Shown: piece by piece, positions 55,127-64,000 of the stretch
How positions within the stretch are numbered: the first letter of the stretch is position 1
How the letters are laid out: the number at the start of each line of letters is the position of its first letter
From: Myxococcota bacterium
GTDB taxonomy: Bacteria; Myxococcota_A; UBA9042; PHBI01; JBMYRH01
DNA length: 64,000 nucleotides
Direction: 5' to 3'
Assembly (NCBI GenBank): GCA_049602155.1
Contig: JBMYRH010000002.1
Span: 65,108 to 129,107, forward strand
Translations under genes and position numbers: made by a program
Notes under the pieces: generated by a model
What the model was told of the DNA's origin: nothing
Seen by the model: only the letters and a program-made list of their open reading frames with translations
The model's database searches: none

Positions 55127-55976
55127 GGAGGAGGACATGATGCGAACGCCTTTGGTGTGGATGGCTACCTTGGCCCTGATCGTGACGTCGGCTGCGTCTG
55201 CGCACGCGTACGATGACGGTCTCTATTTCAGCTTCGGGTTCGGTTACGCCAACGAGTCTGGTGAGCGTGGCCTCGACACGGTGAGCGGCGGGTGCCCCGT
55301 CGCTCAAGGTTTTGGTCCGTCTTCAGCGCCTTTCCTTTGGCCCGAGGAGGGAGCTTGCATCTACGTGCCTGGGCCGAACCAGCTCGCGGACGACTTGACC
55401 GTCGACGCTGCCATGCAGGCCAGGCATGAGGAGATCGTCCGGGCAGACACTGGCGATATGATCGCGATTCAGCTGCGCTTTGGATACAACATCCTCGGCT
55501 ACGCGTCGGTCGAGGTAGACCTCGCCGGGGCGGGCTCTACCTCCATCACGGACGGCATGGCGCACGTCGGCTTTCAGGGGCGGCTGCACCCCGCCCAGTT
55601 CGCCATCCCGCATGACGATCGCGATTGGGACGTATCCCTCTTTGTAGGAGGGGGGTATTCGATCGCGGGCTACAAGCCCATCTATGATGCGGCGCTTCAT
55701 GGTGGCGACCCGGACAACCCGGAGCTCAACCGCAACGCCGTCTTCGATAGCAAGGGGTGGACTGGCGCGCACATTGGCTTCGGCGCCGGGTTTGATTACC
55801 AGTTCTCCGACTCCGGCTCAGTGGGGCTGGACCTCAAGTTTATTCGGCCTCTCTACGCCACCTGGATCGCGAACTTCGAGGTCCCTTATGAGGCGCCGCC
55901 GATCGAGACGCCTGATACGTGGGTCGTGACGCCCACGGTGCGGTTGACTTGGCTGATCTGGTCTCCCGAGCCCTGA
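55127..55976 (+). CDS. Secreted hypothetical protein (signal peptide)
   Basis: An RBS GGAGGAGG lies 3 nt before the ATG, and the signal peptide is MMRTPLVWMATLALIVTSAASAHA. The ORF track's longer form (54720) is an upstream read-through. The 3' end overlaps the convergent hydrolase gene by about 90 nt. Confidence 0.5.
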
Positions 55977-57073
55977 GCGCTTGGGTTGGCGACGGCCGGG
56001 GCGGGCTTATCAAGCCAGCCGACCACGTGCGGGTGGACGTCGTAGACCGCGCTTGGTGCGAGCAAGATGTCTGCGTGCCGATAGTTGCGCGTCGCTCCGT
56101 GTGCTTTACCGATGACGACGAGGGCCTTGTCTCCTGAACCGAGGCGCTCATAGGCATCGCTGACGGAGGCGCCAGGAACCAGACCGTCTCCTTCGACACG
56201 GATGACCAAGGTGGGCGTCTGGACACGCTCTAGGTCACGCTCGCGGTCACGGCCATCGGCAGCCACGAAGCGGCCGGTCGTGATCCACCGCATGAGCTGC
56301 GCGAGGTCACCGCCGCTGAGATCTTCGATGCCGTGCTTCAACCACGCGCGCCGCTGACGATGCGTCAGGGTGCGGAGCCTCAGGTGATTGTTCATCGCGA
56401 CCGCGTGAGGCAGTGGGCCCGGCATGCGCGCCGCACGATCGATCCCGATGCCTCGCAGGCGCTTTGCGACCGGAGCGAGCAAGCGGGTTGGGTGATGCAT
56501 GATCCTGGCTGCGAGGCCGAAGAACTTCTCGAAGGAGGCGGGTGAGGCAAGCGTCACCAGCCGCCCGACGCGGTCTGATCCGGGGCCAGCACAGAAACAG
56601 TAACCGAAGACACCGCCGAGGCTGTGGCCCACGAGATCGACGCGCTCGGCTTGAGTCTCCCGCAAGACGACATCGATGGCCGCGGGGAGGTCGAAATCAA
56701 GCTTCCGGTCGAGGTTGATGACGGGGTTGCCGGTGCGCAGATAGGTGCTTGAACGAGAGCCGCGGAAGTCTAAAATCCAGACGTCACGGCCCGCCGCATT
56801 GAGCGAGGCGGGCAGGGTGAGCCCGTCCACGACTCCGAAGGTGAAGCGATTGCTGTTTGCCCCAGGCAAAAGCAACACAGGGCGCCTATCCAGGGTCAGC
56901 GAGGCGACCGTAGGGCGGCTTCGATAGAGCATCAACTCAAAGCCGTCATCAGTCCTGACAGGGTAGGCTTCGTAGTTGATGGGCTCTGCAATCTCGGTAG
57001 AGGGGCGCATCCCCCCCGAAATACGACGTGATACGTCATTGGGCAAGGAAAAGTCGGCCACCTCAGAAGCCAA
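55886..57073 (-). CDS. Alpha/beta-hydrolase fold protein
   Basis: The nucleophile elbow GHSLGG and a lipase/esterase-like N-terminal beta-strand region are present. Confidence 0.55.
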   Translation of the reverse strand: MASEVADFSLPNDVSRRISGGMRPSTEIAEPINYEAYPVRTDDGFELMLYRSRPTVASLTLDRRPVLLLPGANSNRFTFGVVDGLTLPASLNAAGRDVWILDFRGSRSSTYLRTGNPVINLDRKLDFDLPAAIDVVLRETQAERVDLVGHSLGGVFGYCFCAGPGSDRVGRLVTLASPASFEKFFGLAARIMHHPTRLLAPVAKRLRGIGIDRAARMPGPLPHAVAMNNHLRLRTLTHRQRRAWLKHGIEDLSGGDLAQLMRWITTGRFVAADGRDRERDLERVQTPTLVIRVEGDGLVPGASVSDAYERLGSGDKALVVIGKAHGATRNYRHADILLAPSAVYDVHPHVVGWLDKPAPAVANPSAQGSGDQISQVNRTVGVTTHVSGVSIGGAS

Positions 57074-57617
57074 AGCTGCTCCACTTGACCATCAGCCCGA
57101 CCGTGTGATGCCCCTTGACCACCCCCGCCTCCTGGACGCGGAAGCCGGGGCGCGCGAAGGGCATGATGCTGATACTTCCCCCTCCGTCTTCGGGCCGGGC
57201 CGACCAGATTGGGATCGGGAGTCCGAGGAGCATATGCAGGGTCACCGCGGTCTCTGGGACGTCTGAGGCGTGGTCACCGAGGAAGGGGGACACGCTGAGC
57301 CCGACGCCGACGAGCGCGACATACCAGAGCGAGAGCTCTGCGAGCGGCTGCAGTCTGACGCCTGTGCGTTCGACAAAGGTGGTGAGCGAGAGGTGGGCGC
57401 CAAAGACGCCGTGCAAGTAGCTGAGGTCTACGCCTCCTGCGACCCCTGTCGTGAACCGCTCGCCGCTGTCACCGAATGCCACCCCGCCGTTCAGGCCGAC
57501 GGCGATGTCGTGGTGTGGGAGTCTGCTCGTGAGTGGCCAGTCAAACTCAGCGGCTGCGCTGTGGGGGAGGCCAGCGATGAGCACGAGCGCCAAGGCAAGG
57601 GCCCGTATCCTCCTCAC
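57063..57617 (-). CDS. Small secreted beta-barrel-like outer-membrane protein (hypothetical)
   Basis: It has a signal peptide and alternating hydrophobic beta-strand pattern. It ends with the aromatic ...WSSFGF, as OMP C-termini do. Confidence 0.4.
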   Translation of the reverse strand: MRRIRALALALVLIAGLPHSAAAEFDWPLTSRLPHHDIAVGLNGGVAFGDSGERFTTGVAGGVDLSYLHGVFGAHLSLTTFVERTGVRLQPLAELSLWYVALVGVGLSVSPFLGDHASDVPETAVTLHMLLGLPIPIWSARPEDGGGSISIMPFARPGFRVQEAGVVKGHHTVGLMVKWSSFGF

Positions 57618-60349
57618 GAGGTGGACACCTCAACGCCATGTCGTCGCCTCAGCTCGCTGGCGCTGGAGCGCGCTTCGGAAGCAGCAACTCTGTCCTGTTG
57701 CGCGTCGAGGAAGGTGGCCAAGTGGTCGAGGCTGATGGCAGCTTCAAGGTCGTAGCCTGCGTCACGAAAGCCATTCGCTGAGCGTTGGAAGGCCTCAATG
57801 GCTCGCTTCTCGGCTCCGTCGGCGAGGTCTCCTTTTGTTTGAGTTTTGCCAGCCTCAAGGTCACCGAAAGAGCGCTCCACATGGGCAATGAGCTGGGCGA
57901 GGCCTAGGCGCTTGGCGGCCTCTTGCGCTTGTGTGAGGGCTTCCGCCGCCTCTTTCCACGCAGCATTGGCGACGTGCAAGACCCCCATATTGCGGAGCGC
58001 GTCGACTTGGGTCCGCGCGATGTCTGCATCTCGGGAGAGCGAGATCGCCCGCTCCAAGTGCGGCTTCGCTGTCTCGTACTCCTTCTCGGCGACGAGCACT
58101 TCGCCCAGGTTGTTGGCGAGGGTGGATTGAGCCGGGATATCCCCGAGCTCGATGGCCAACAAGTTTCCCTCTTCCCAGGCCTCCAGTGCGCCAGCGTTGT
58201 CGCTCCGCGTGAAGCGAAGGACGCCGAGGTTGCTCAACGTTCGGACGATACCCCGCCGATCATCGATGCGACGCCGCAGATCCAGGGCGTCCTCGAGGTA
58301 CTCGGTGGCGAGGTCGAGGTCACCGCGGTCGAGGTGAAGGGCGCCGATGTAGTGCACGGCATTACCGAGCCCCCGTCGATCGCGCACGCTCCGGGAGAGC
58401 TGCTCTGCGCGCTGATACACCCGCAGGGCTTGCTCAAAGTCAGCGCGGATCCACAAGAGCCGCCCAAGCTCGATGCAGGTGTGCGCGGCACCGTGTGCAT
58501 CGTCAACGGCGTCAAAGAGTCGGAGGCTCCTCAGCAGGTGGCCGTACGCCTTGTCGAGGTTGCCGCGGTCTCGCTCGACGCAGCCGATGCGCGTGAGCGC
58601 TGCCGCGCCAGCCCGTCTGTGTCGCATTCGCCACGCGATATTAAGGGCGCCTTGGAAGCACTCTAGCGCCGCCTCTTGGTCACCCGCGACGGCCAAGACT
58701 TCACCCAGCTGGGAGTCGATGGAGAGGCGACTCGCGAGATCCTCTTCGTCGACCAGCGCTTTGGCGGACTCCAACATGTCACGCTGCTCTGCCCAGCGAT
58801 GCTCTCGGTGCATGACGCCCGCTGCTGCGAGGAGGTATTTCGCCGCCTCGCCTTGGTCTCCTGCGGCCTCGGCGTGTCGCGCGAGATCGGATAGGTGAGC
58901 CTCTGTGTCGTCGCCCAGGCGGACGAGTAACCATTGGAGGAGGAAGCGGTGGAAGCGCTCTTGTGTCGTGGCTGGGAGGATCCCTCGCGCGACGTTCCAG
59001 TGGACACCGGAGCGGAACCCGAAGGCCTCTTCGCCGGCCAGGCTCGTGTGACGGCTCTCGATAAACCGCAGCTGTGTGAGGCGCTCGAGGTTTTGACGGA
59101 TCTGCTCGGGAGCTTGGTCCCGCTGGATGACACCGGGCTCGGAGGCATCGTCTGCGCTCATGCGCTGCAGCGCGACCAGGGCGCTGAGCCAAAACTCGCT
59201 GCCGATGACGGCGGCCCGGGCCAGGGTGGTGCGCTCCGAGGGCGTCAGGATGCCAATCTGAGCCAGCACGACGCCCTCGAGGGTCTCGGGCATGTCCAGA
59301 TCCCAGGCGACCGACTCATCGATCTCCCAGGTACGCCGGCGGAGGCGAATCCCTCCGGCCTCTCGGAGGTAGCGCACGAGGGATTTCAGCGCGTAGGGGT
59401 TGCCCTTTCCTTGGCCAAGGATGCGCTGCATCAAGTCCTTGGGGACCTCCTTGATGCCCGTGAAGTAGAGGCGCAGCATCTTCTCCGATTCACTGCGACT
59501 CAACGGTGTCAGCTGCGTACAAGGGTAGAGGTCCCACCCCGGCAAGATCTCTTGAAGCTCCGGGGAGCCACTGAGCAGCATCATCATCGGGCGATTCTTG
59601 AGCGTGGCCTCGACGGCGCCGGCTAAGGCGAGGCTGCGGGCGCTCGCGCGGTTCGCGTTGTCGACGATGATGAGCAGGGGCTGCTGAATCGACATCGCCG
59701 CGAAGAGGCGAATTAACGCTGCAGTCCCTCGTCCGTTGAGGGCCTCATCGTCGATCCCTGGGCCGCGGCGTGGTCGCGAATCGACCTCCCAATCGAGGAG
59801 GTGCGCGATTGGTCCTGCGATCTCTAGCGCTTCATCTGGGAGCGCCTCCTCGACGGTCGCCACCAAACGTGCACCCGCCTCTACAGCGTCGCCCGAGGCG
59901 GGGACGTCACAGGCGGCGCGGAGCAGGGCATCCCACATCCGGAAAGGGCCCCCTGAGGCCGGGCAGCGCGCTCGAATGACCCTCGTGTCGGCGTGGCGCT
60001 TCTGAGCGGCGTCGACCAGGGCCTTGGCGACCCGCGCCTTGCCCATCCCGTATTCACTGACGAGCAAGTGTATGCGTGAGGTCCAGGTGTCGACGACGGC
60101 GTCAAAGCCTGCGCCGAGTTTCTTGATGGCCCGTTCGCGGCCGATGACTGGAGCAGCTAGCTTCCGCGGGTTCCATGGAAACGGAGGCCACGTCGCCAGA
60201 TCATCGGCGTCGAAGGCGCCTGGCGCGGCGCGATCCAGATCGAATCCACCTGCACCTGAGGTTCCAGGTCGCACTGGGAGCAGGGTCAAACACTGCTCGC
60301 AAAACGGGAAGTCGGTGAGGTTCTGATGCTTACAAGACGGACACTTCAT
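57614..60349 (-). CDS. Zinc-ribbon / AAA+ (STAND-like) NTPase / TPR-repeat regulatory protein
   Basis: The N-terminal zinc ribbon is CPSC..(13)..CEQC. The P-loop-like motif SEYGMGKAR and the following NTPase region are about 350 aa. The C-terminal half is TPR repeats. The start ATG is at 60349 (MKCPSCKH); the ORF track's 60403 start adds 18 aa. Confidence 0.6.
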   Translation of the reverse strand: MKCPSCKHQNLTDFPFCEQCLTLLPVRPGTSGAGGFDLDRAAPGAFDADDLATWPPFPWNPRKLAAPVIGRERAIKKLGAGFDAVVDTWTSRIHLLVSEYGMGKARVAKALVDAAQKRHADTRVIRARCPASGGPFRMWDALLRAACDVPASGDAVEAGARLVATVEEALPDEALEIAGPIAHLLDWEVDSRPRRGPGIDDEALNGRGTAALIRLFAAMSIQQPLLIIVDNANRASARSLALAGAVEATLKNRPMMMLLSGSPELQEILPGWDLYPCTQLTPLSRSESEKMLRLYFTGIKEVPKDLMQRILGQGKGNPYALKSLVRYLREAGGIRLRRRTWEIDESVAWDLDMPETLEGVVLAQIGILTPSERTTLARAAVIGSEFWLSALVALQRMSADDASEPGVIQRDQAPEQIRQNLERLTQLRFIESRHTSLAGEEAFGFRSGVHWNVARGILPATTQERFHRFLLQWLLVRLGDDTEAHLSDLARHAEAAGDQGEAAKYLLAAAGVMHREHRWAEQRDMLESAKALVDEEDLASRLSIDSQLGEVLAVAGDQEAALECFQGALNIAWRMRHRRAGAAALTRIGCVERDRGNLDKAYGHLLRSLRLFDAVDDAHGAAHTCIELGRLLWIRADFEQALRVYQRAEQLSRSVRDRRGLGNAVHYIGALHLDRGDLDLATEYLEDALDLRRRIDDRRGIVRTLSNLGVLRFTRSDNAGALEAWEEGNLLAIELGDIPAQSTLANNLGEVLVAEKEYETAKPHLERAISLSRDADIARTQVDALRNMGVLHVANAAWKEAAEALTQAQEAAKRLGLAQLIAHVERSFGDLEAGKTQTKGDLADGAEKRAIEAFQRSANGFRDAGYDLEAAISLDHLATFLDAQQDRVAASEARSSASELRRRHGVEVSTS

Positions 60350-60478
60350 GACGCGGATGCCCCCTATTGCGAGGCTGATAACGTGTCCTATGCCGCGACG
60401 CAAATTGCATCTTCACGGTCCGCGATACCGAACGGTTTCTGCGCACACCTCCTCGGGCTGCTGCATGGCCGAAGCCCG

Positions 60479-61444
60479 CTACATCAGGGCGAACAGCACC
60501 AATGTGACCAATCCTGTCGCGATCGCCAAGGGGAGTGCGGCGTCACGGGGTAACCACCCGGTCGGGCTGCGGCGCACAGAGCCCTGGACGGCGTCGATGT
60601 ATGTCGTCGCACCGCGCCGGATGTGGTTGCGCTGGCTGACAGGCTCGAGTTTGACGACCGCTTCGGTCAGCAGAGTCTCAGTGGTGCTCTCAGCCGAGGG
60701 CATCTCCGGAGTGGTGACCGCGACGCTCTCAGGGGTCGGATATGGGGGGCTCGCGCTGGGGGCGTAGGTCACAGAGTGAGAGGCCATCACGGGGCGAGAG
60801 GGCGCCTTTGATACCTCAGGGGTCCCGAGCAAGGTCTCGGCGATGGGGGACGCTGACCAGTCATGGACGACCCCGACGACGGGGGCCGGGAGTGGAGACT
60901 CCTCCTCCGTACAGTCGCTCTCGGGGGCGCTCGGGTCCGTGCCGATGATCACTGCCGGCTCGACACGCATCGCTTTGGTCGGTGTCCAACCCACAGGATC
61001 CGCCGTACGGCGCTCCGGGACCTCGACCATCAGTGGGCTCAGCAGGTCCTCATCGTCAGGGCTGTTGTCGGCCTTGGAGGTCGGGTGGAACACGGCCTCA
61101 AGCACGGCGGCGCCGAGATCCATCGTCGCTTGGGCGGTGGGGCCGGTCTCCTCAACTGCCTCGGAAACGTCGCGGTAGGGACGCCAGGTGTGGTGACCCA
61201 CCCCTGGCTCGGTGCGCGCACGTCGCTTGATCGTGGCCGCGTCACGCTGTGCCTGTCGCTCACCGACACCGGTGGGCGCGTCTAGCGGCACTCCGTCGCG
61301 ATAGAAGTCGTAATCACGCTGTAGATCACTGGTGAGATCGAAGCCACAAGAGGGGCATTGACTGAGCGACACCGCGTTGGCGTCACCACATCGGATGCAG
61401 ACGCGCTGTAGCGTCTTAGGTTGAGGCGCGTTCGTCTCGAGCAT
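60479..61444 (-). CDS. Zinc-ribbon protein with a C-terminal transmembrane anchor (hypothetical)
   Basis: The N-terminal motif CIRCG...CPSCGFDL is followed by a long polar region and a single C-terminal TM (LPLAIATGLVTLVLFALM). Confidence 0.45.
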   Translation of the reverse strand: MLETNAPQPKTLQRVCIRCGDANAVSLSQCPSCGFDLTSDLQRDYDFYRDGVPLDAPTGVGERQAQRDAATIKRRARTEPGVGHHTWRPYRDVSEAVEETGPTAQATMDLGAAVLEAVFHPTSKADNSPDDEDLLSPLMVEVPERRTADPVGWTPTKAMRVEPAVIIGTDPSAPESDCTEEESPLPAPVVGVVHDWSASPIAETLLGTPEVSKAPSRPVMASHSVTYAPSASPPYPTPESVAVTTPEMPSAESTTETLLTEAVVKLEPVSQRNHIRRGATTYIDAVQGSVRRSPTGWLPRDAALPLAIATGLVTLVLFALM

Positions 61445-61476
61445 ATCGGTTCCTCGGTGGCGCAGAAGCGCTAAGT

Positions 61477-62364
61477 TCAGTACGTCCGGACGATGACTTC
61501 ACGCACAGGACGACGATTCGAGGCCTTGCGCGAGATAAGGCGCGGCGCCATGACGATGTCGATTCGGAAGTCTTTGTAGAGGCTCTGAATCAGTGGCGTA
61601 TCGCTGTTGGAGAGCATGCAATGCACGCCTCGATTGGCGAGATCCGTCACCGTGTCAGCGAGGCGCGCTTGGTCTTCTTCATCGAAGGAGCCCGAGGTGT
61701 AGCTCGTGAAGTTGGCCGTCTTGCTCAGGGGCTGGTAGGGCGGATCGAAGTACACGAAGTCTCCCGATTTTGGAGCTGTCATCGTGTCGTCGAAGCCTGC
61801 GTGGGTGAGCGCGGCGCGCGAGAGCGCTTCGGAGGCTCTCTGGAGCTTCGCTTCGTCGCAGATCACGGGGTTACTGTAGCGCCCCATCGGCACGTTGAAC
61901 TGACCACGCCGGTTGACTCGGTAGAGGCCATTGAAGCAGGTCCGGTTCAGGTAGAGCGTGCGGGCCGCGCGCTCGACGTCCGTGAGCGTCTCTGGATCGC
62001 GGCTTCGCATCCAGTAGTAGTGCTCTTTTTCGTACGGGTGGTGCTGGAGCTCAGCGACCAACGCCGGGAGCGCGTCCCGGACGCAGCGATAGAGCAGCAC
62101 CAGCTCGTAGTTCACGTCACTGAGGAACGCCCTGTCAGGCTGAAGGGCGTAGAAGAGCGCGCCGCCCCCGAAGAAGGGCTCAAAATAGCGCTCATACTGC
62201 GCCGGGAGGCGCGAGATGAGGTCGTCTAGGAGTCGGGTCTTTCCGCCGGCCCATTTCACGATGGGTCGGGCCCGAGTTGCCTTTGAAAGCCTTGGCGTTG
62301 GAGACAGGTGGGCCTGAGCCTCAGTCTCCACGAGCGGCCCTGGGGAAGGGGCGAGCTGCGTCAT
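61477..62364 (-). CDS. dam: Dam-like N6-adenine DNA methyltransferase (no adjacent restriction enzyme)
   Basis: KWAGGK..L (motif X) ... FFGGGA (motif I, FxGxG) ... DPPY (motif IV) is the Dam/MT-A70 alpha-class order. It is preceded by a 40 aa N-terminal extension. Confidence 0.75.
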   Translation of the reverse strand: MTQLAPSPGPLVETEAQAHLSPTPRLSKATRARPIVKWAGGKTRLLDDLISRLPAQYERYFEPFFGGGALFYALQPDRAFLSDVNYELVLLYRCVRDALPALVAELQHHPYEKEHYYWMRSRDPETLTDVERAARTLYLNRTCFNGLYRVNRRGQFNVPMGRYSNPVICDEAKLQRASEALSRAALTHAGFDDTMTAPKSGDFVYFDPPYQPLSKTANFTSYTSGSFDEEDQARLADTVTDLANRGVHCMLSNSDTPLIQSLYKDFRIDIVMAPRLISRKASNRRPVREVIVRTY

Positions 62365-62569
62365 GGATAAAGCCTCGAATACACGTCACCGGCGCGGGAA
62401 TCGACGCGGGTCGAGCCTGCCGGGCGATGGGGTCATGAAGGGGAGGAAATCCGACGACGCATCCGGGATATTTGGAGGCGCTGTCGTGACGTCCAAAGGG
62501 TCGACCGGGATCGGGCCAGCGTCAAAAAAACTACTGGCAAGAGTCGCTAAAACTCGCCCTCACTGGGGT

Positions 62570-63277
62570 CTAGGATTCCATCCCGAACATTGAGAAGCGG
62601 GCGCTGCCTGATTCACTGGCAAACATGGTGCCGACGTGCAGCAGCAGTTCGCTTGAGAGCGGCAGCCCTTCGAGGTCTGCGTGCGCCTCAGACCAGGCGC
62701 TCATGCACCCGTTCGAGCAGAAGAGCGGCGAGAGCTCGCAGACGTCTGCCAAAGCGCGCGTGCCGTCCCAGTTGCTCTGGAAGGCCGCCGCTCCATTGGG
62801 CGTGATCTCGACGATGGCGCCTGAGGCCATCGTGAAGGAGACCGGCGCATCGCATTGGCCGCAGGGAGATGTCCCGTCTACGGTGCGAAGGAGGAGGCTG
62901 TGGAGGCTCATCAGTTCGAAGCCCCCGAGGGTGAAGACGTTGACGCCCCCCTCAAGGTGCCCCCGATGAGGGGTCCGCGAACCGCTCACTGTCCCGAGGA
63001 CAGTGATGATTTGTTCACCCGCTCCGTCGAGCGTGAGGAGGCGCTTAAACACGAGCGCTGTGATCGCCGCTTGAGTCGCGGTCACCGATTCGCCTCGGGT
63101 CTCCAAGCCCGTGATCAGATCGGAGACCGATGGGAGCCACCCGCGCTCGGACAGGCCGCGCATGAGGTGATTGAGCACCAGTTGCTCGTCAGCGCTCAGC
63201 GACTCTGCCATCTGCTTGAAGAACCCAATCAAGGTCATCTCGCCGGCTGGCGATACGTTGATTAGCGTTGCAGACAC
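62570..63277 (-). CDS. MerB (organomercurial lyase)-family homolog lacking the first catalytic cysteine
   Basis: [13 protein letters not shown] and [21 protein letters not shown] align with MerB SHCAATGAPVSLT and SFCCHVHFFAS...GLEGL. The position of MerB Cys96 (YAWCALD) reads FTLGGFE. Confidence 0.45.
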   Translation of the reverse strand: MSATLINVSPAGEMTLIGFFKQMAESLSADEQLVLNHLMRGLSERGWLPSVSDLITGLETRGESVTATQAAITALVFKRLLTLDGAGEQIITVLGTVSGSRTPHRGHLEGGVNVFTLGGFELMSLHSLLLRTVDGTSPCGQCDAPVSFTMASGAIVEITPNGAAAFQSNWDGTRALADVCELSPLFCSNGCMSAWSEAHADLEGLPLSSELLLHVGTMFASESGSARFSMFGMES

Positions 63278-63389
63278 GTCGAAGCTCCCGGGCTGCCGAG
63301 GGACAGCTTGGGTTTCTACAAGGGGACCGAGGTCGTCGCAACTACAAGCGCCCTTGTGTCGGAGAATGGGTCTGGGTGACTGTAGCGTG

Positions 63390-64000
63390 GTGACAACGCG
63401 ACGTTTCGAGATCTGCTCCGAGTACGAGCCCGCTGGCGATCAGCCAAGCGCTATCAGCGCCTTGGTCGAGGGCGTTGAAGCTGGGTTGGCCAAGCAAGTG
63501 CTCTTGGGCGCTACAGGGACGGGTAAAACCTACACCATCGCGAAGCTCATCGAGGCGGTGCAGCGCCCCGCGCTGGTGTTGGCGCCGAACAAGACCTTGG
63601 CGGCTCAGCTCTTCACAGAGTTTCAGCGCTTCTTTCCGGACAACGCTGTCTCGTACTTCGTCAGTTATTACGACTATTACCAGCCTGAGGCTTACGTCCC
63701 CTCGACCGACACGTTCATTGAGAAGGACGCGATGATCAATGACACGATCGACCAGATGCGGCATGCCGCGACACGGTCGGTCATCGCGCGCCCTGACACG
63801 CTCATCATAGCCAGTGTGTCGTGCATCTACGGTATCGGGCATCGGTCGATGTACGAGGGGATGCTGATTCACTTGGACCAAGGGACGACCGTACGCAGGG
63901 ATCGCCTGCTTCGGGCGCTCGTTGATGCGCAGTATCAACGCAACGACTTCGACTTTCACCGGAGCACATTTCGGGTGCGTGGTGATGTCGTCGAGGTCTT
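63390..64000 (+). CDS. uvrB: Excinuclease ABC subunit B (N-terminal part; continues beyond the window)
   Basis: [50 protein letters not shown]...NKTLAAQLF is a canonical UvrB N-terminus. It uses a GTG start. Confidence 0.85.
   Translation, partial: MTTRRFEICSEYEPAGDQPSAISALVEGVEAGLAKQVLLGATGTGKTYTIAKLIEAVQRPALVLAPNKTLAAQLFTEFQRFFPDNAVSYFVSYYDYYQPEAYVPSTDTFIEKDAMINDTIDQMRHAATRSVIARPDTLIIASVSCIYGIGHRSMYEGMLIHLDQGTTVRRDRLLRALVDAQYQRNDFDFHRSTFRVRGDVVEV

Noticed and set aside
62363-62593. A 76-aa plus-strand ORF in the 200-nt spacer between dam and the MerB-like gene.
   Set aside because: It has no RBS and a basic, low-complexity translation. It more likely lies in a promoter or intergenic region of the minus-strand genes.
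63278-63389. A LexA box upstream of uvrB.
   Set aside because: No match to CTRHAMRYBYGTTCAGS, or to a CTGT-N8-ACAG-like palindrome, was found in the 110-nt leader.
63342-63959. A 205-aa minus-strand ORF overlapping the uvrB start.
   Set aside because: The plus-strand UvrB N-terminus is canonical. The minus ORF is an antisense artefact.
1-64000. CRISPR arrays, transposases, integrases or phage genes that would mark a mobile island around the Cys-rich cluster.
   Set aside because: No regularly spaced identical direct repeats, no DDE or tyrosine-recombinase-like ORFs and no tRNA integration sites were seen. The tandem repeats present are intragenic, diverged coding repeats. The cluster appears chromosomal and ancient, although its GC content and codon usage were not quantified.

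Overview
This is a high-GC (about 66%) chromosomal segment that looks myxobacterial (Myxococcota). Supporting signs are MYXO-CTERM-like C-terminal sorting tails, a CdnL/CarD regulator, FG-GAP/VCBS (ASPIC/UnbV-like) surface proteins, many lipoproteins and very large cysteine-rich repeat proteins. I found no rRNA or tRNA genes, CRISPR arrays, transposases or integrases. Coordinates 1-11.6 kb carry housekeeping and membrane genes: a cyclophilin, CrcB/FluC, a PhoD-like phosphatase, an RhlB-like DEAD-box helicase, a DUF2156 membrane protein, an adenylate cyclase with a PilZ tail, and a secreted hydrolase. Coordinates 11.6-26.6 kb hold two intact FG-GAP/MYXO-CTERM paralogs plus a decayed third copy, an alpha-2-macroglobulin whose thioester Gln is replaced, and a GH31 glycosidase. 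Coordinates 26.7-43.8 kb are the most unusual region. It holds three giant lipoproteins (2035, 1551 and 1099 aa) made of tandem cysteine-rich, probably Ca-binding modules (MopE/LDL-receptor-A-like and CTxDxC-type), a YaeQ gene, and a lipoprotein whose TlpA/ResA-like thioredoxin domain is interrupted by an in-frame TGA at the first active-site Cys. A SECIS-like hairpin follows that TGA, so it is a strong selenocysteine candidate (active site W-U-G-A-C). I read this as a candidate dedicated oxidative-folding system for the neighbouring cysteine-rich proteins. Coordinates 43.8-64 kb contain MepA-like endopeptidase, an SOS mutagenesis pair imuA-imuB with a delta-proteobacterial LexA-box-like palindrome, dtd, an M20 peptidase, cdnL, bamD-like, grpE with a Pro/Ala-rich N-extension, an FHA-GGDEF cyclase, a zinc-ribbon/STAND-like NTPase/TPR protein, a Dam-like methyltransferase, a MerB-like protein and the start of uvrB. 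All functional calls come from motif recognition in the supplied ORF translations. I ran no database searches.
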